From NCBI GenBank assembly GCA_002269645.1, contig NIVC01000158.1, positions 62,001-126,000 on the forward strand: a DNA stretch of 64,000 nucleotides, given 5' to 3'. Shown piece after piece: positions 37,631 to 50,824 of this stretch. The position numbers and the translations under genes are program-made. The stretch's first letter is position 1; each line of letters opens with the position of its first letter. The notes under the pieces are model-generated. The model did not search any database. It saw nothing but the letters and a program-made list of their open reading frames with translations, and was not told the DNA's origin. The stretch is from Macrostomum lignano (taxonomy: Eukaryota).

Positions 37631-38724
37631 CTTCTTATTTGTGCAGCTACCGGTAAATATCCAAAAGTTTATAATAGTCAATAAAGCGGCTTTCTAACAA
37701 TTATATTGATAATAAATAAACCATTTCAGCTGAAAAACATTACTAGATAATTATCAGTGATTTTTACTCTAACCGAAAACGCCAGGAGTTTACATAAGCA
37801 GCCATGGAAATGGAATCTATGAAATATTTCAGATTTAGCATTGATTATTATGAAGCTGTGGCGTCAGCATCTAGCTAATAGCATTGGGTTTTGATGTTCA
37901 GTAAGCCTCTGTGTATTCGGTGTTGTTCAACTTGCTTAATTGATTTTCGACTTAATCAGAGCTACCGGTAATCATATTTAGTCATAATTATAATTATTTT
38001 TAAGATGATTTTAAGTGCCAATTCCCTTGAATCACCGGTATTGTTTTAAACAGTAATAATTTATTTATTTATAGTGCCACATTTCTCTCCAGTTTTACCT
38101 TGTCTCTTGTTCATTTTAGGTAGTTATATTTTTTAACTCTTTTCTTAATTCGGTTTCTTTCAATTTGAATTATTGCTGTCAGGATACTAAGTAGGTTAAA
38201 CATATTTTCGCGTGCTAAGCTAAGATTCTTAGTTATTTTTATCTTATTAAGTGCGATTTTTTCCCTTAATGTTCAGTCAGTAGCAATGTTGGAAGTTCGT
38301 GTTAATTCTTATTGATAATCTGCTTCAATCATAACCCGAATTTCACTGGTAGAGCATCAGAATTTCACTGCTCGCTTGCATAATAAATGCAAAACTGCAC
38401 CCGGCAACGATTGCTTTTAGAAGATATATGGCACTATTTACATATACTTTGCGTCAAAATGGATGTAGTCTGAGCCTCGCTGCATGCCAATTTTATCGGT
38501 TGTAGTATGCTTACATGCATTATTAACCAATGCCTTGCCATTGCGCTGTACGAATTATGCGGTTTTTTTAACAAAATAAATGCAAACATTTTGCCAATAT
38601 TGTTTTCCAACTCAATTAATCTGTGCCTGCTTGCCTGGCCGTGCTGTCAATGTTGCTGTCTGCATCACTGCTGCTTTTTATTTTGCGATGCTCAGAACAT
38701 ATTTGTTCATAGAGCGTCTACTAC

Positions 38725-39252
38725 AGATCCTCAGTTGCTGGGCCAGCCTCCCAGACCCTCAGTTGCTGGGCCAGCCTCGCAGATCCTCAGTTGCTGGGCC
38801 AGCCTCGCAGATCCTCAGTTGCTGGGCCACCAGCCTCCCAGATCCTCAGTTGCTGGGCCAGCCTCGCAGATCCTCAGTTGCTGGGCCACCAGCCTCCCAG
38901 ATCCTCAGTTGCTGGGCCAGCCTCGCAGATCCTCAGTTGCTGGGCCAGCCTCGCAGATCCTCAGTTGCTGGGCCACCAGCCTCCCAGATCCTCAGTTGCT
39001 GGGCCAGCCTCGCAGATCCTCAGTTGCTGGGCCAGCCTCGCAGATCCTCAGTTGCTGGGCCACCAGCCTCCCAGATCCTCAGTTGCTGGGCCAGCCTCGC
39101 AGATCCTCAGTTGCTGGGCCACCAGCCTCCCAGATCCTCAGTTGCTGGGCCAGCCTCGCAGATCCTCAGTTGCTGGGCCAGCCTCGCAGATCCTCAGTTG
39201 CTGGGCCACCAGCCTCCCAGATCCTCAGTTGCTGGGCCAGCCTCCCAGATCC
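38725..39252 (+). repeat. Third array of the 28-bp gcctcccagatcctcagttgctgggcca family
   Basis: Same unit with cca insertion variants. Confidence 0.94.
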
Positions 39253-39539
39253 TTAGCAAGGACTTCTAGACTAACAGGACGTAAAACTCAAAAATCGTGC
39301 AATTTTTTGGAGGCCACGATTTCCTGGAAAAAATACACTGCGAAGATAGGAAAAAATCAGTTTTTCGTCACAAAATCTGTGATTGTATTTGATCTGGGGC
39401 AGTGAAGACTACCATTCTTTTTATTTAACATGCACAACATGTTACTCTATTATATTTTCATATAGCTATGTAGTGAAGTTTTAATTTTCATATTGTTTTC
39501 ACTTTATTTCATAAGCCCAAAGTTGCAAATACTCACAAG

Positions 39540-42500
39540 TGGCATGCAAAACGGTTGACAGGCAAACCAAGGAAGGCACGGTATCTGCTTTGCAGACGAA
39601 GGCTACGAAGGTCACCAGAGCCAGCCACGTCTGTCCTTATTGTGACGCTGAACATGCTCCGGAGAGTTGCAATCGACTGGTAGATGTGCCTGCTAGGCTT
39701 CAGTTCTTAAAAGAACAAAGACGCTGCTTCAGTTGCCTCTGTAAAGGTCATGCCACAAAGACTTGTTATCAAAAGAAGCAGTGTGACTTCTGCAAGTTAA
39801 AGCATCATCCCAGTCTCTGCGCTGCGCGACTGCGCGAGTGGAACAGCCACCGAGACCGGCAGACAAGACGCCCAGTTGCAAGTAAAGACTATGGCGATGG
39901 TCACCAAGGCCCAGACAGTGGTTCTTCCTACTGCGGGAGCTGTACTGATTTCACCAGATGGCTGCAGTGAAACACGGGTTCGAATTCTCTTTGACTCTGC
40001 GAGCAACCATTCATTCATCCTGTCGGGCGTAGCTGAGCGGGATGTCTGGGACTCTGTATGGAACTCTGTGTGATTGGCAAAGTGACAATAGAAGTGACGA
40101 CATTTGAAGGCACCGAGCCCAAGGTCTTACAAACGGAAAAGGTCGAGTTCCAACTTCGTAAGCTTGACGGCGTCACTCTCTTTACATTGCGCGCCAACAC
40201 AGTACCCTACATCTGCTCTCATCAGCCAGTTGTCAACAGCTTGCGCAGCGATCACTTCCCACATCTGGATCTGACAGACTGGGACATCGGCAGCGAGCAG
40301 CATCCAGAGATCAGCATCCTCATAGGAGTTGACCAGTTCTATGACCACAGGACCACAGGTCACAGGACAAGTGGATCGTTCTGAAATCGGCACCGGGCTG
40401 GTTGCGGTAGCTAGTCAGCTTGGGTGGCTGCTGTGTGACTCCTTGTCCGACGCCATTTCGGCAGGAGAACTGGAAGGTAAGAAAGAGCAGGAGCTTCTCT
40501 GCTGTACGCACGGAGCCAACAAAGGCCTTGACAACTGTCGCATTGCTGAAGAAGATCGGGATGCACTGCGGTTTCTCTGGCCACAGGATCCAAGTCGAGC
40601 TGAATCGCCACTCGTTGTTCTTCGTTACGCCGCTTTGGTGTTCGGACTCACCTGCTCACCTGCGATTCTGGAGACGGTCATTCAACATCATTTAGCATCT
40701 TATCGGGACCAGGATGCGCAGTTCGTGGACAAAGTATCGAAAGAGATCTAATGTGGACAATCTAATCTCTGGGTGTGCAAGCGAACGGCCAGCCATGGAA
40801 CTCATCCAAAAATCTCGTCACCTCTTCCGCCAGGCAGGAATGAATCTACGCCATTGGCAGTCCAACAGTAAAGCGGTTTTGTCCGCAGTTCGAGCTAGCA
40901 CTACAGACCAGGACATTCTTGCTCCTGCCCTGTCAGTAGAGACTCTCAGAATGACGGAAGACCCCGGGAGCTATTCCTCCGCCTCATTGGGTGAGGAGGG
41001 CGTGTTGTCGAAGGTCCTTGGGTTGCACTAAGAAATCTGATCGGACGTGTTCGTGCTTTGGTTCTCACCACCAGAGGAGTTACTCAGAGGTACGCAATCC
41101 AAGCGAGTCATGCTACAGCTTCTGGCTCGTGTCTATGATCCTCTCGGCTTCCTAGTTCCTCTGCTGACTTGGCCGAAAACAATGTTTCAGACGCTCTGTG
41201 TTCGGAAAGTTGCTTGGGATTGCTCGCTGGATGAGCCGACTGAACAACTGTAGCAGAAGTGGCTGCAGGACATGCTGAAAGCACGATTCCAAGTACCGCG
41301 GCTAGTGCTTTTCGCGACACGGGCGGTCCAAGAGATGCAGCTTCATGGCTTCTGTGACGCATCCGCAAAGTGCTTGTCTCTACCTACGATTTCAGTACAC
41401 CGACGGTTCCGTCAGCTGTACCCTGGTGGCGGCGAAGGCCAGAGTGGCTCCACTATCGGCCCTGTCGATTCCTCGGCTGGAACTGGTGCACTGATACTGG
41501 CCAGACTAGTGATTTCAGCCGAGTGAGCGAGTGAGTGAGCGAGCGAGTGACGAGTGAGCATCCTCAAGTCTGCCAAGTTTTCTGCTGGACAGATAGTGCC
41601 GATACTCTCTACTGGATACGACAGCACAAGCCCTGGAAGCTCTTTGTTCACAACGGAGTCGAGTCTCTGAGATCCGCCGGCTGCTTCCGGAGGAATCATG
41701 GCGACACGTGCCAGGCAATGAGAACCCTGCCTATGTTGCATCTCGCGGCACTTCGGTCGACAAGCTGAAGACTGATACCAGCTGGTGGCATGGTCCTGAT
41801 TGGCTGACTCGACCTCCAGAAGGCTGGCCTGACCAATCCTTTCTCAATCTAACCTCAGCAACGGCAGACGAGGAGCAGAAGGCATCAGCAGACAAATCAA
41901 TCGTTCTACTCACTGATGTTGTTCCGGACTTGGGACTGCATTGAGTTATACCAGATTCGGATTTCTAAGCTCATTAGGGTGACAGCTTACGTCTTTCGAT
42001 TTGTCAAGACTACAAGTTCGAACTTCCAGAAGCACGAGTATAAACAGAAGCAGAGGAGCGTTGGCTGAAAGAGGTACAACGAAGGAGTTTTCATGCTGAG
42101 ATTGCTCACTTTGAAAGGTCGACAGCATCTACGGACCTCGCAAAGCAGCTGAATCTCTTCCTCGACAGCAAAGGTCTGCTCCGAAGTCGGGGTCGATTGA
42201 GAGACTCAAACGTTGGTTCAGCTGCTGATTGCCCCATCCTCATCCCGAACAAGACGAATCCAGAAGTTCTCCTCATCCGAGACGTGCACAGCAAAGTTCT
42301 GCACGGGGGCGTTCCAAGCACCCTTTGCAAACTGCGTGAGAAGTTTTGGCTGATCCGTGGCAGGCAGCGAGTGAAGGCAATTCTTAGAAAATGCGTCGTC
42401 TGCAGGCGTCTTCAGGCACTCCCGTTCGCTGTGAAGCAAGTTCCTGCGTTGCCAGAATCTCGCGTGAAAGCAATAAGAGATTTCGAGTGGAGCGGGCTCG

Positions 42501-43066
42501 ACTACTGTGGTCCGGTCAAGCTGAGAGAAGACACTGCTGTCGAGAAGGGCTACATCTTAGTGTTCACCTGCGCAGCAACGCGAGCGCTTCGTCTAGAACT
42601 GGTGAAAGATCTAACAACTGAGCCCTAAGGAGATTCTGTGCAAGGAGAGGTATTCCTAGTCTCATCAGCGATAAAGCTAAGACATTCAAAGCCGTGCGGA
42701 AATTGCAAGCATCGGAGAGGTAAAAGGTTCAGGAGTTCTGCGCCACTCGGAGTTCATCACGGAACGCGCGGCCTGGCAAGGAGGCTTCTGGGAGCGACTG
42801 ATGAAGGACATCAAGCTGGTAATGCGTAAAACCACTGGACGAACTGCTGACACTGCTCATGGAGGTGGAGGCGGTGCTCAACAGCCGCCCTATGCTCTAC
42901 GTAGATGCCGAGCCCGAAGGAGAAGTTCTGACACCGGCACACTTCCTGGTGTTGCAGCGGCTGACAGCGAAGCCTACTTCTAGTTGCGCGCCGGATCTTC
43001 TGCTACCGTTGCCAAAAATGCTGAGCGAATGCGCGCCAGACTTCACGCCTTCGGGGACTGCTGGGA
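39540..43066 (+). mobile_element. Decayed BEL/Pao LTR retrotransposon (gag, protease, partial RT, RNase H, integrase)
   Basis: Gag knuckles CPYC...H..C, CFSC...GH...C, CDFC..KHHPSLC; protease ILFDSASNHSFI; RT DRDALRFLW and frameshifted YVDN; RNase H LHGFCDAS, WTDS; integrase HGGV...KFW...CVVC, GLDYCGP, EAVLNSRP; many stops and frameshifts; LTRs not identified. Confidence 0.92.
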
Positions 43067-43291
43067 GCGGCTGGGAGCAGTAGCTGGTCGGCCTGAGCGT
43101 GGCTTGTCCTGCACGCTCATTTCGCCGTCCTTTCTCTTCCGGACCCAGTTCGCGACGGTTGCTCGACAGCAGGCATCATCTCCAAAACGGCTGACTAATC
43201 TCTGGTGGATACTGTTCACGGACATGCCTTCGTCCGCAAAAGCAAAAACGATCAGGCGCTGCGAAACTTTATCGCCATATGCACTAGCCAT
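43067..43291 (-). mobile_element. Mariner transposase N-terminal fragment abutting the Pao element
   Basis: QRLIVFAFADEGMSVNSIHQRLVSRFGDDACCRATVANWVRKRKDGEMSVQDKPRSGRP. Confidence 0.8.
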
Positions 43292-43919
43292 TCTTAAACC
43301 ATCTGAGGTTGGTTCTGCATCTCAGCATTTCAATCTGACGTTCATTCTGCGCACTCAGTCTAATGCTGCCTACTGCTTTGTTCTATCTTTTTTGTCTATG
43401 GCTAAACCCTCGCAGCTTGAAAGTAATGATTAATCAATACTCACCGAAAGCTTTTATTCCTCTAAAAACAAGCTGCGATTTCACAACCCCCCCGGGCCAG
43501 TTTAGAGTGAGGTCCAGATCCGATGCTGTTCAAAATCGTATTGCTAATTTCGTAGGTTCGTCAGTAAATGATCGATTGCTTTCGTTCTGTCTATACGACC
43601 AAGCTGAAACTCTAGCACTGAATTCATCAAAATATAGACCCATGTTTGTATAAATTCTCATCAAAATCGGTCAAACAGATGCAGAGATATGAGGGGTGTC
43701 TAAGAACTTTTTGAATGCACTAAGGTATTTAATGATGCAATAAAATAAGAGTCAACTGATGTAAAATAATTCATAAATTTAACTTAATTTTACTGGAATT
43801 TTACTGACAGAAAAACAAACTTTTGTCCCGGGATTCGGAACGTTAAATCCCTTGATCACCAATCCTAGGATTGCGATTCCTAGTTTAATTCAATCAATTC
43901 AAAAGTGGAACTGATATCC

Positions 43920-44684
43920 TTATTTTGGAGCCATAAAGTTGACTAATTTAGAAAGAATTGAAAAAATATTGTCACCGCTGTTCCGCCTCGCTTCCTCCAA
44001 CAATTTTTGGATGTCATTTTCGAGTTTTACCATCGCCCTGTGAGCCTCTTCATTCGACTGTCGCAAGTTTTTCACCTTTTCTCTGAGAGTTGCTACATCA
44101 CTACGCAGCTGCGAATGGTCCACTTCCTTCGACTGTCGCAAGTTATTCACCTCTTGTCTGAGAGTTGCTACATCACTACGCAGCTGCGAATGGTCCACTT
44201 CCTTCGACTGTCGCAAGTTTTTCACCTTTTCTCTGAGAGTTGCTACATCACTACGCAGCTGCGAATGGTCCACTTCCTTCGACTGTCGCAAGTTTTTCAC
44301 CTTTTCTCTGAGAGTTGCTACATCACTACGCAGCTGCGAATGGTCCACTTCCTTCGACTGTCGCAAGTTATTCACCTTTTCTCTGAGAGTTGCTACATCA
44401 CTACGCAGCTGCGAATGGTCCACTTCCTTCGACTGTCGCAAGTTTTCCACCTCTTGTCTGAGAGTTGCTAAATCACTACGCAGCTGGTCCACTTCATTTG
44501 ACTGTCGCAAGTTTTCCACCTCTTGTCTGAGAGTTGCTACATCACTACGCAGCTGGTCCACTTCATTTGACTGTCGCAAGTTTTCCACCTCTTGTCTGAG
44601 AGTTGCTACATCACTAAGCAGCTGCAAATAGTCCATAGCAACCATTCCCACTATGCCGCATAGTATGAAACCCAGATACTGCAT
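43920..44684 (-). CDS. Predicted membrane-anchored coiled-coil protein with 8 tandem 23/25-aa repeats (254 aa), family unknown
   Basis: Intact ORF; hydrophobic N-terminus; QLRSDVATLREKVKNLRQSKEVDHS repeats (69/75 bp); paralogue at 50825-51100; upstream acceptor-like ctaccatttcAG. Confidence 0.65.
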   Translation of the reverse strand: MQYLGFILCGIVGMVAMDYLQLLSDVATLRQEVENLRQSNEVDQLRSDVATLRQEVENLRQSNEVDQLRSDLATLRQEVENLRQSKEVDHSQLRSDVATLREKVNNLRQSKEVDHSQLRSDVATLREKVKNLRQSKEVDHSQLRSDVATLREKVKNLRQSKEVDHSQLRSDVATLRQEVNNLRQSKEVDHSQLRSDVATLREKVKNLRQSNEEAHRAMVKLENDIQKLLEEARRNSGDNIFSILSKLVNFMAPK

Positions 44685-45463
44685 TGCTCACTGTTCAGAG
44701 TCTGAAATGGTAGAGAAAAGTGCTGTAGTGGTTTAGCTCGAGATTACGCACTCGATTTTATTCATATTATTGTTAAGCAATGCGCCCAGTTTCAGTTAAG
44801 AAAAAAGTAAGTTATAGACCGCTCCAGTATATTTATATGTACTTGGCTGACAACAACAACAACAAAACAACAAAATACGCGGCCCTTCGAGCAAAAGGTC
44901 ACAGTTAGAGCAGGGCGTGTCAGATGGCGCGCCGCAGAGCCTGGGAGCGAACAAAGTCCGCTCCGTTGGCAGTGTCGGGCGCCCCAGCGTCGCACAGCAG
45001 GCAGTCCACGTATCGACGGGTTCGACTTGGCTGAACTAATCGTTAGTCACTACGAGCTACGACATCCACGACACATAGAGCTGTGCACGTAACATATAAT
45101 GTTGTCATCTAGAAAAAAGTACTTTTTATTTTGCAAGCCCATTCTCTTCTGCCAATCTCCGGCTCCAGCCAGCCTTCTGTCAGTCTCTCTGTCGCTCTCT
45201 GTTCCACATCCTGCAATCAGCTTTTTCATTCATTCTTCTGACAGCCAAGGACCTTGCGGCGATAAAACTCTAAGAGTTAGATAAAAGTTTGTTAGAACTC
45301 TGTTTTCATTTCTGGCTAGGCGCAACTGAATTGCTATACTCGTAAGGATATTGTTTAGACATTTACATACTCTATTGTCATTAATTTTTGCGGGCTTAAG
45401 CGTCCCTTTTCCGGGCGTCAATGTGGCAATTCGTGCCTTGAATTGTCTATGGTATTTTCTATT

Positions 45464-46005
45464 TCAGTAATAGAGCGAAATAGAACAACAGTGTGAAACA
45501 GAGGCAAACAAATAACAGCAGAAGTTAATGTTAATGTTAATCTCTGGGCGACTGAGACAGAAGAAGCGATGCAGTCCGGCTCTAATGCAGATGAGACTTG
45601 CTGGAGCATAGTACCGCTCGTCCTTTGTTCGCAGTGTCGAATAGAAGAAACGCAAATAATTAGCCAGAATCGACTTTGGAATTCGCAGCAGATCCGTTGA
45701 CAGTTTCATTTCTTCCAGAAAAGTCTTGAAGCGGCTCACATTGTCCTCCATCTGCCGGGCGGAGGAGTCCGGTATTCCATCTCGTTTAAGCTGATTTAAC
45801 TCTTGCATCACATCTGCCGGGCGGAGGAGTCCGGTATTCCATCTCGTTCAAGCTGATTCAACTCTTGCATCACGTCCTCCGGAATGTCGAGAATCTCTTC
45901 TGATTCTAACTTGCGCGCAAATTCTTCGCTCAGTTCCTCCAAATACCGGCTGTTCGACTCGGATGATACCCACGCCAGCTCTTCGGTCGACATACCGGAA
46001 ACCAT
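45464..46005 (-). mobile_element. Crypton/DUF3504-like tyrosine-recombinase N-terminal fragment, disrupted
   Basis: FKTFLEEMKLSTDLLRIPKSILANYLRFFYSTLRTKDERYYAPASLICIRAGLHRFF resembles the Crypton/ZMYM/KCTD1-type core; 62-bp tandem duplication (45749-45872) creates a stop and frameshift. Confidence 0.7.
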
Positions 46006-47276
46006 TCTCCCGGCAGATTGGAATAATTAATTAAATGGTTGATCATTTTCAGAACTCAAGCACAGCTTAGTCCTGACAGATTTGAAAAATATACATTTAG
46101 CATTTTTCTAGCTCCTTCAGTTTTACTGTCCATCTCTAGACCTGGACCATCAAGACTTCGTCTATGGCCCAGAGCTCGCAAATCAAAAGAAAGAATGGCC
46201 ATAGACATTTCAACTGCATTCTACGTAATAACACAGAGCCCGGAATTTTCGACATTGATGCCCGGAAATCTCTTGCATTAATGACAATAATATAAACATT
46301 ACTTTTTGCGGGGTAATGCGCCCTCACAAAATTCTACATTGTCGGCTGATTTTCCATGCAAGAATGGCATTCTTGCACTCTTTTGCGTGCAGGAATGGAT
46401 GTCTATGGTAAAATCTCACTGAAAAAGCATTAGGCGCAGAAATGCATTCCTGCACGGTTTTGTGCATTCCTGCACGATGAATCATCCGACAATGGAATTC
46501 CTTCACGTTCACTCGTGCGTGAAGGACATCGTGCACTCGTGCGCTAGCGCGCACTCGTGCAGGAATGGATGTCTATGGTAAAATCTGCACGATAGCGCGC
46601 ACTCGTGCAGATGTCATTCCCGCACTCGTGACCGTGCAGGAATATATCATTGATGCCCGCAAAAAGTAATATTAATGTTATATAGACATTTTTGTGCATA
46701 TTTCTGCCATCTTGGTCTCAGATTGCTTGAAAGAAGCCTCACTTAGCTCGCAAAACCTACCTTCGCAAAGTGACGCTATTAGCTCGTATACTCTCAATAT
46801 TACTCTCAATAACTCAATATTATCAAAGAAGTTCACTTACTCGGGTTACGCCTTGCTTACTCGCAGTTTTTGTACTTGTAAATTGTAATTATACTGTACT
46901 TTAGTCACGGATGATGCTTTTGTAATATAGTCTAGCACTGTAGCTTTGGCAACCGTTAACAGCAATATGCAGCTGTTCTAAACGAAAAACGAAAATCCTA
47001 GGCCACTCACTTTTTATGTACGAAACGGGATTTATTTTTAGCCTGTGCTCTGCGGTCACTTGATTGGTACACGGGCCTGCTCAACCAAACTGCTCACCCA
47101 GAAAAGCTATAGCCTATATTATACATGCGCATTACAGGCACGTACTAGCGGGGTAGAGAAGACGCATCCCCCCAGTAGACAGGCAAAAATGATGACGCGC
47201 CCCTGATTCTGTTTCCCAATTTGGAAGTTCCCCAATTTTCGCTTTCGACTGCCATCGCAACAGAGGTACATGCATG

Positions 47277-48637
47277 CAGTGGCGTAGCTAGGATTTTGAA
47301 ATGGGGGGATAACTGGAAGGGAAAAACTTGCAATCAAATAAAATAGTTTTTTGTGATTTTTGCTTTACATTTGCATTTAAAAAGTACCAGCAGTATTAAT
47401 ATTAATAGGCTAAAAAACCTTTTAATTTGTTAAAATCAGAATAAAAGACATCAGACATCGGGATCGAGATTCGCGGGATTCGCAGAAACATCGTTTAAAA
47501 CATTTTAATAATAATTTACTAGTGAAAAACATTTTTATTGCATTTTTTGGTATATTTTTCTAAATCTGAAGCCGCTTTATTTTGATTTTTTTCAAAAAAC
47601 CTCACTTTCCTTTCCTATTGCTATCTGGGTGGATGCTTGCTATCTTGGTGGATGCTTGCTATCTGGTGCATGCTTCTACAATATTTGGGGGGGGTGCTTG
47701 CTATCTGCAGATGCTTGCTATCTAGGTGGATGCTTCAACAATATCTGGGGGATGCTTGCTATCTGCAGATGCTTGCTATCTGCAGATGCTTGCTATCTGG
47801 GTGGATGCTTGCTATCTGGGTGGATGCTTGCTATCTGGGTGGATGCTTGCTATCTGGGTGGATGCTTGCTATCTGCAGATGCTTGCTATCTGGGTGGATG
47901 CTTGCTATCTGGGTGGATGCTTGCTATCTGGGTGGATGCTTGCTATCTGGGTGGATGCTTGCTATCTGGGTGGATGCTTGCTATCTGGGTGGATGCTTGC
48001 TATCTGGGTGGATGCTTGCTATCTGGGTGGATGCTTGCTATCTAGGTGGATGCTTCAACAATATCTGGGGGATGCTTGCTATCTGCAGATGCTTGCTATC
48101 TGGGTGGATGCTTGCTATCTGGGTGGATGCTTGCTATCTAGGTGGATGCTTCAACAATATCTGTGGGATGCTTGCTATCTGCAGATGCTTGCTATCTGCA
48201 GATGCTTGCTATCTGCAGATGCTTGCTACGAGTATTAGGGGATGCTTGCTATCTGCGGTTGCTTACTTTTGGAGGGGGATGCTTGCTATCTGAAGGGATG
48301 CTTGCTGTCTTAGGAATATTTTCTATTTAGGGGAATGTCTGTTATCTTTGTGAAAGCTATATTTAGTTGTCTGTTTGTTAATCTTAGAAAAAAGAGATTC
48401 ATAGCAAATATCATTGTCCGTGACAATTTTACATGAATAAGGTGATTTATAAAAGTGAATAAGGAATTAGTGTTTAAGAAAAAGTGCTTTTTTAATTGTT
48501 TTCCATGAACTATTTTTGCTCCTTGCTTATTGGGCGCCCCGAAAAGGGGCCGCACTAGATTGCTAGTTTGTTTCCTATAAATCATTAAAATGGGATGATA
48601 CCCGGTATATATACGTATCCCCCCAGCTACGCTACTG
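47277..48637. mobile_element. hAT-like non-autonomous element carrying a 19-bp minisatellite
   Basis: TIR cagtggcgtagct ... agctacgctactg; target gtacatgcatg duplicated; empty site in duplicate copy near 52955. Confidence 0.8.
47620..48305. repeat. 19-bp minisatellite (ggatgcttgctatctgggt)n
   Basis: Read directly. Confidence 0.94.
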
Positions 48638-49169
48638 TGTACATGCATGCGTGATGAAGCAAAGCAGAGCTGAAACTGTGTAATGAAATACAGAAGAATT
48701 TACGACTAAACGGAACTGCTCACAAAAGGTTTAAAAAATTGATGTCACTTTTTCTATTCGCTATTGTCTGTTAGTACTTACTTACCTGACGCATCCTGAC
48801 TGCATGACTTTACTGGGCTGCGTCTTTTGTTCTTGTCATTCCGTTTAAAATACATGTACATTTATGTTCTCTCGGCTTTCTAATGCAAGCTGTAGACTTT
48901 TCGACTCCCGAACCCATCCCGAAGGTAAACGTCTTAGTCAACCGAGTCCAAGCAGTGAGTCTCAAAGCTAAAAGGTTTGCTTTGCCTAAGGTTTTGCAGG
49001 CCAAAAAAAGTAACATGATTCATTCTACTGCTATAAATAGTATCATGATTCATTCCTCTGCTATAAATAGTAACATGATTCATCGTTAAGGTTTAGATGC
49101 GCATGTGTGCACTAGTCTACTTACAGTAGCATTCTATGATTAACAATTTTACTTCTTTTTTTGGAGGTA

Positions 49170-50070
49170 GAACACTCTACAGAACACTCTGTCACTGAAT
49201 CCTGGACATCTCCCACAGCACGGTGCGTTGCATCCTAACTGAAAACCTAGGCATGCAGAAGATCTTCGCCAAGTGGGTGCCCCATCTGCTGACACAAGAG
49301 CAGATGGAGGAGCGGGTGAGGCTGTCCAGAGAGCAGCTTCGTCAATTTCATCGAGAAGGCAACGACTTCCTCAGCAGGATTATGACAGGAGATGAGACTT
49401 GGATCTACGAATGGGATCCTGAGCTGAAGCGCCAGTCAGCACAGTGACTTCCAATTAAGGGGATCAGCAAGCCCGGAGAAGGTGCAGCGCAAGCAGAGTT
49501 CAATGAAGGTGATGCACATCATCTTCTTCGACGCCCATGGCATTCTGGAGGACTGGCCTGTGCCAGTCGGTACCAAGGTGAATGCGGAATATTACAAATG
49601 AATTCTGCAAGAGAAAGTGCAACCGGCGATCAGAAAGAATCGACCTGGCTTGCTGGAGAGAGGCGTCATCTCTCATCACGACAATGCGCCTTGTGCACCG
49701 CGCCAGAAGAGTGGAAGAGCTTCCTGGAGTCCTGGGACTGAGAAGTTCTTCTTCAGCCGCGCTATTCGCCTGTCTTGGCTCCGGCGGACTTCTACATTTT
49801 CCCAGGGATGAAGAAGGGTCAACGTTTTGCCTCGGTGGAACAAATTAATAACAGTGCTTCATCAGCTCTCCGGCATCTGACCATTGGCGGTTGCAGCCCT
49901 GCCTTTGAGGCGTGGGTGCGCGGCTGGGAGAAGTGCGTTGACCTCGGCGGCAAATTTGTACAGTAACTATGAGTTCATTTTGCAGTTGCAAAGTTTTGTT
50001 GATTGTTGGGTCACTAGTTAGTCTTTTATAGCATAAGCGAAACTTACTTTTGGGATAGCCTTAAATACCA
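49170..50070 (+). mobile_element. 5'-truncated mariner transposase pseudogene
   Basis: KIFAKWVPHLLT, TGDETWIYEWDPELKRQS, HHDNA, YSPVLAPADF, WEKCVDLGGKF; frameshifts. Confidence 0.9.
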
Positions 50071-50824
50071 ATTTGCCAAATGAATCTGAATTAATTGGGT
50101 CCATCAGCTACTGCCCCCCCCCTCTACAACTGCAAAATTGCAGCCGCCCTCTGTTGTAAAAAAAAAGAACACAAAACAAGATCAGAGCAATTTAGGGGGT
50201 CGATGAAAAAGGCTCCGTTTTGTCCTTCGTGTTGCTTTCCGAGACAACTAAAATCCAAAGACGAACTTTAATTTTTAATAAATCTAGATTCTAGAGTTCT
50301 AAATTTCGTGTTTAGCTTTTCAATTTATTTTTATTTTGGCAAAATCACGCAGCAATATTTTTGTTTCGAAAACATCATATTGGTCTTGGTGATTAAATGA
50401 TGCATAATTCACACCTGTAAAATATTAATTAATCAATAAAAATTATCTCGATCTACTACAGATCATGAGTTTACTCTCAAACAAAAAATAACTAACAGAA
50501 TACTACTAATAAAAAACAATGAACGGATCGAATTAATTCATCAAGTATGTAATTTACAAATGCGTTAACAAAAATTCTGTGTGAGCGGGAGAGTCTGAGC
50601 GATTTAATGTTTAAAGCGAAATTTATGGCGAAAATTTATACGGTTTGACGCCGTACGAGCTATAAAGTATGAATGATGCACCAATATGAAGAAACAAATG
50701 ATGTAAAAAATATCAAATCCAGTTCAATTTTCTTGATTTTTCGTGAAACTATAACAAAATTTTGTCCCGGGACCTCAAATAATCCTTGATTTCCTAGTAT
50801 AGGATTGCGATCCTTAATTCATAA

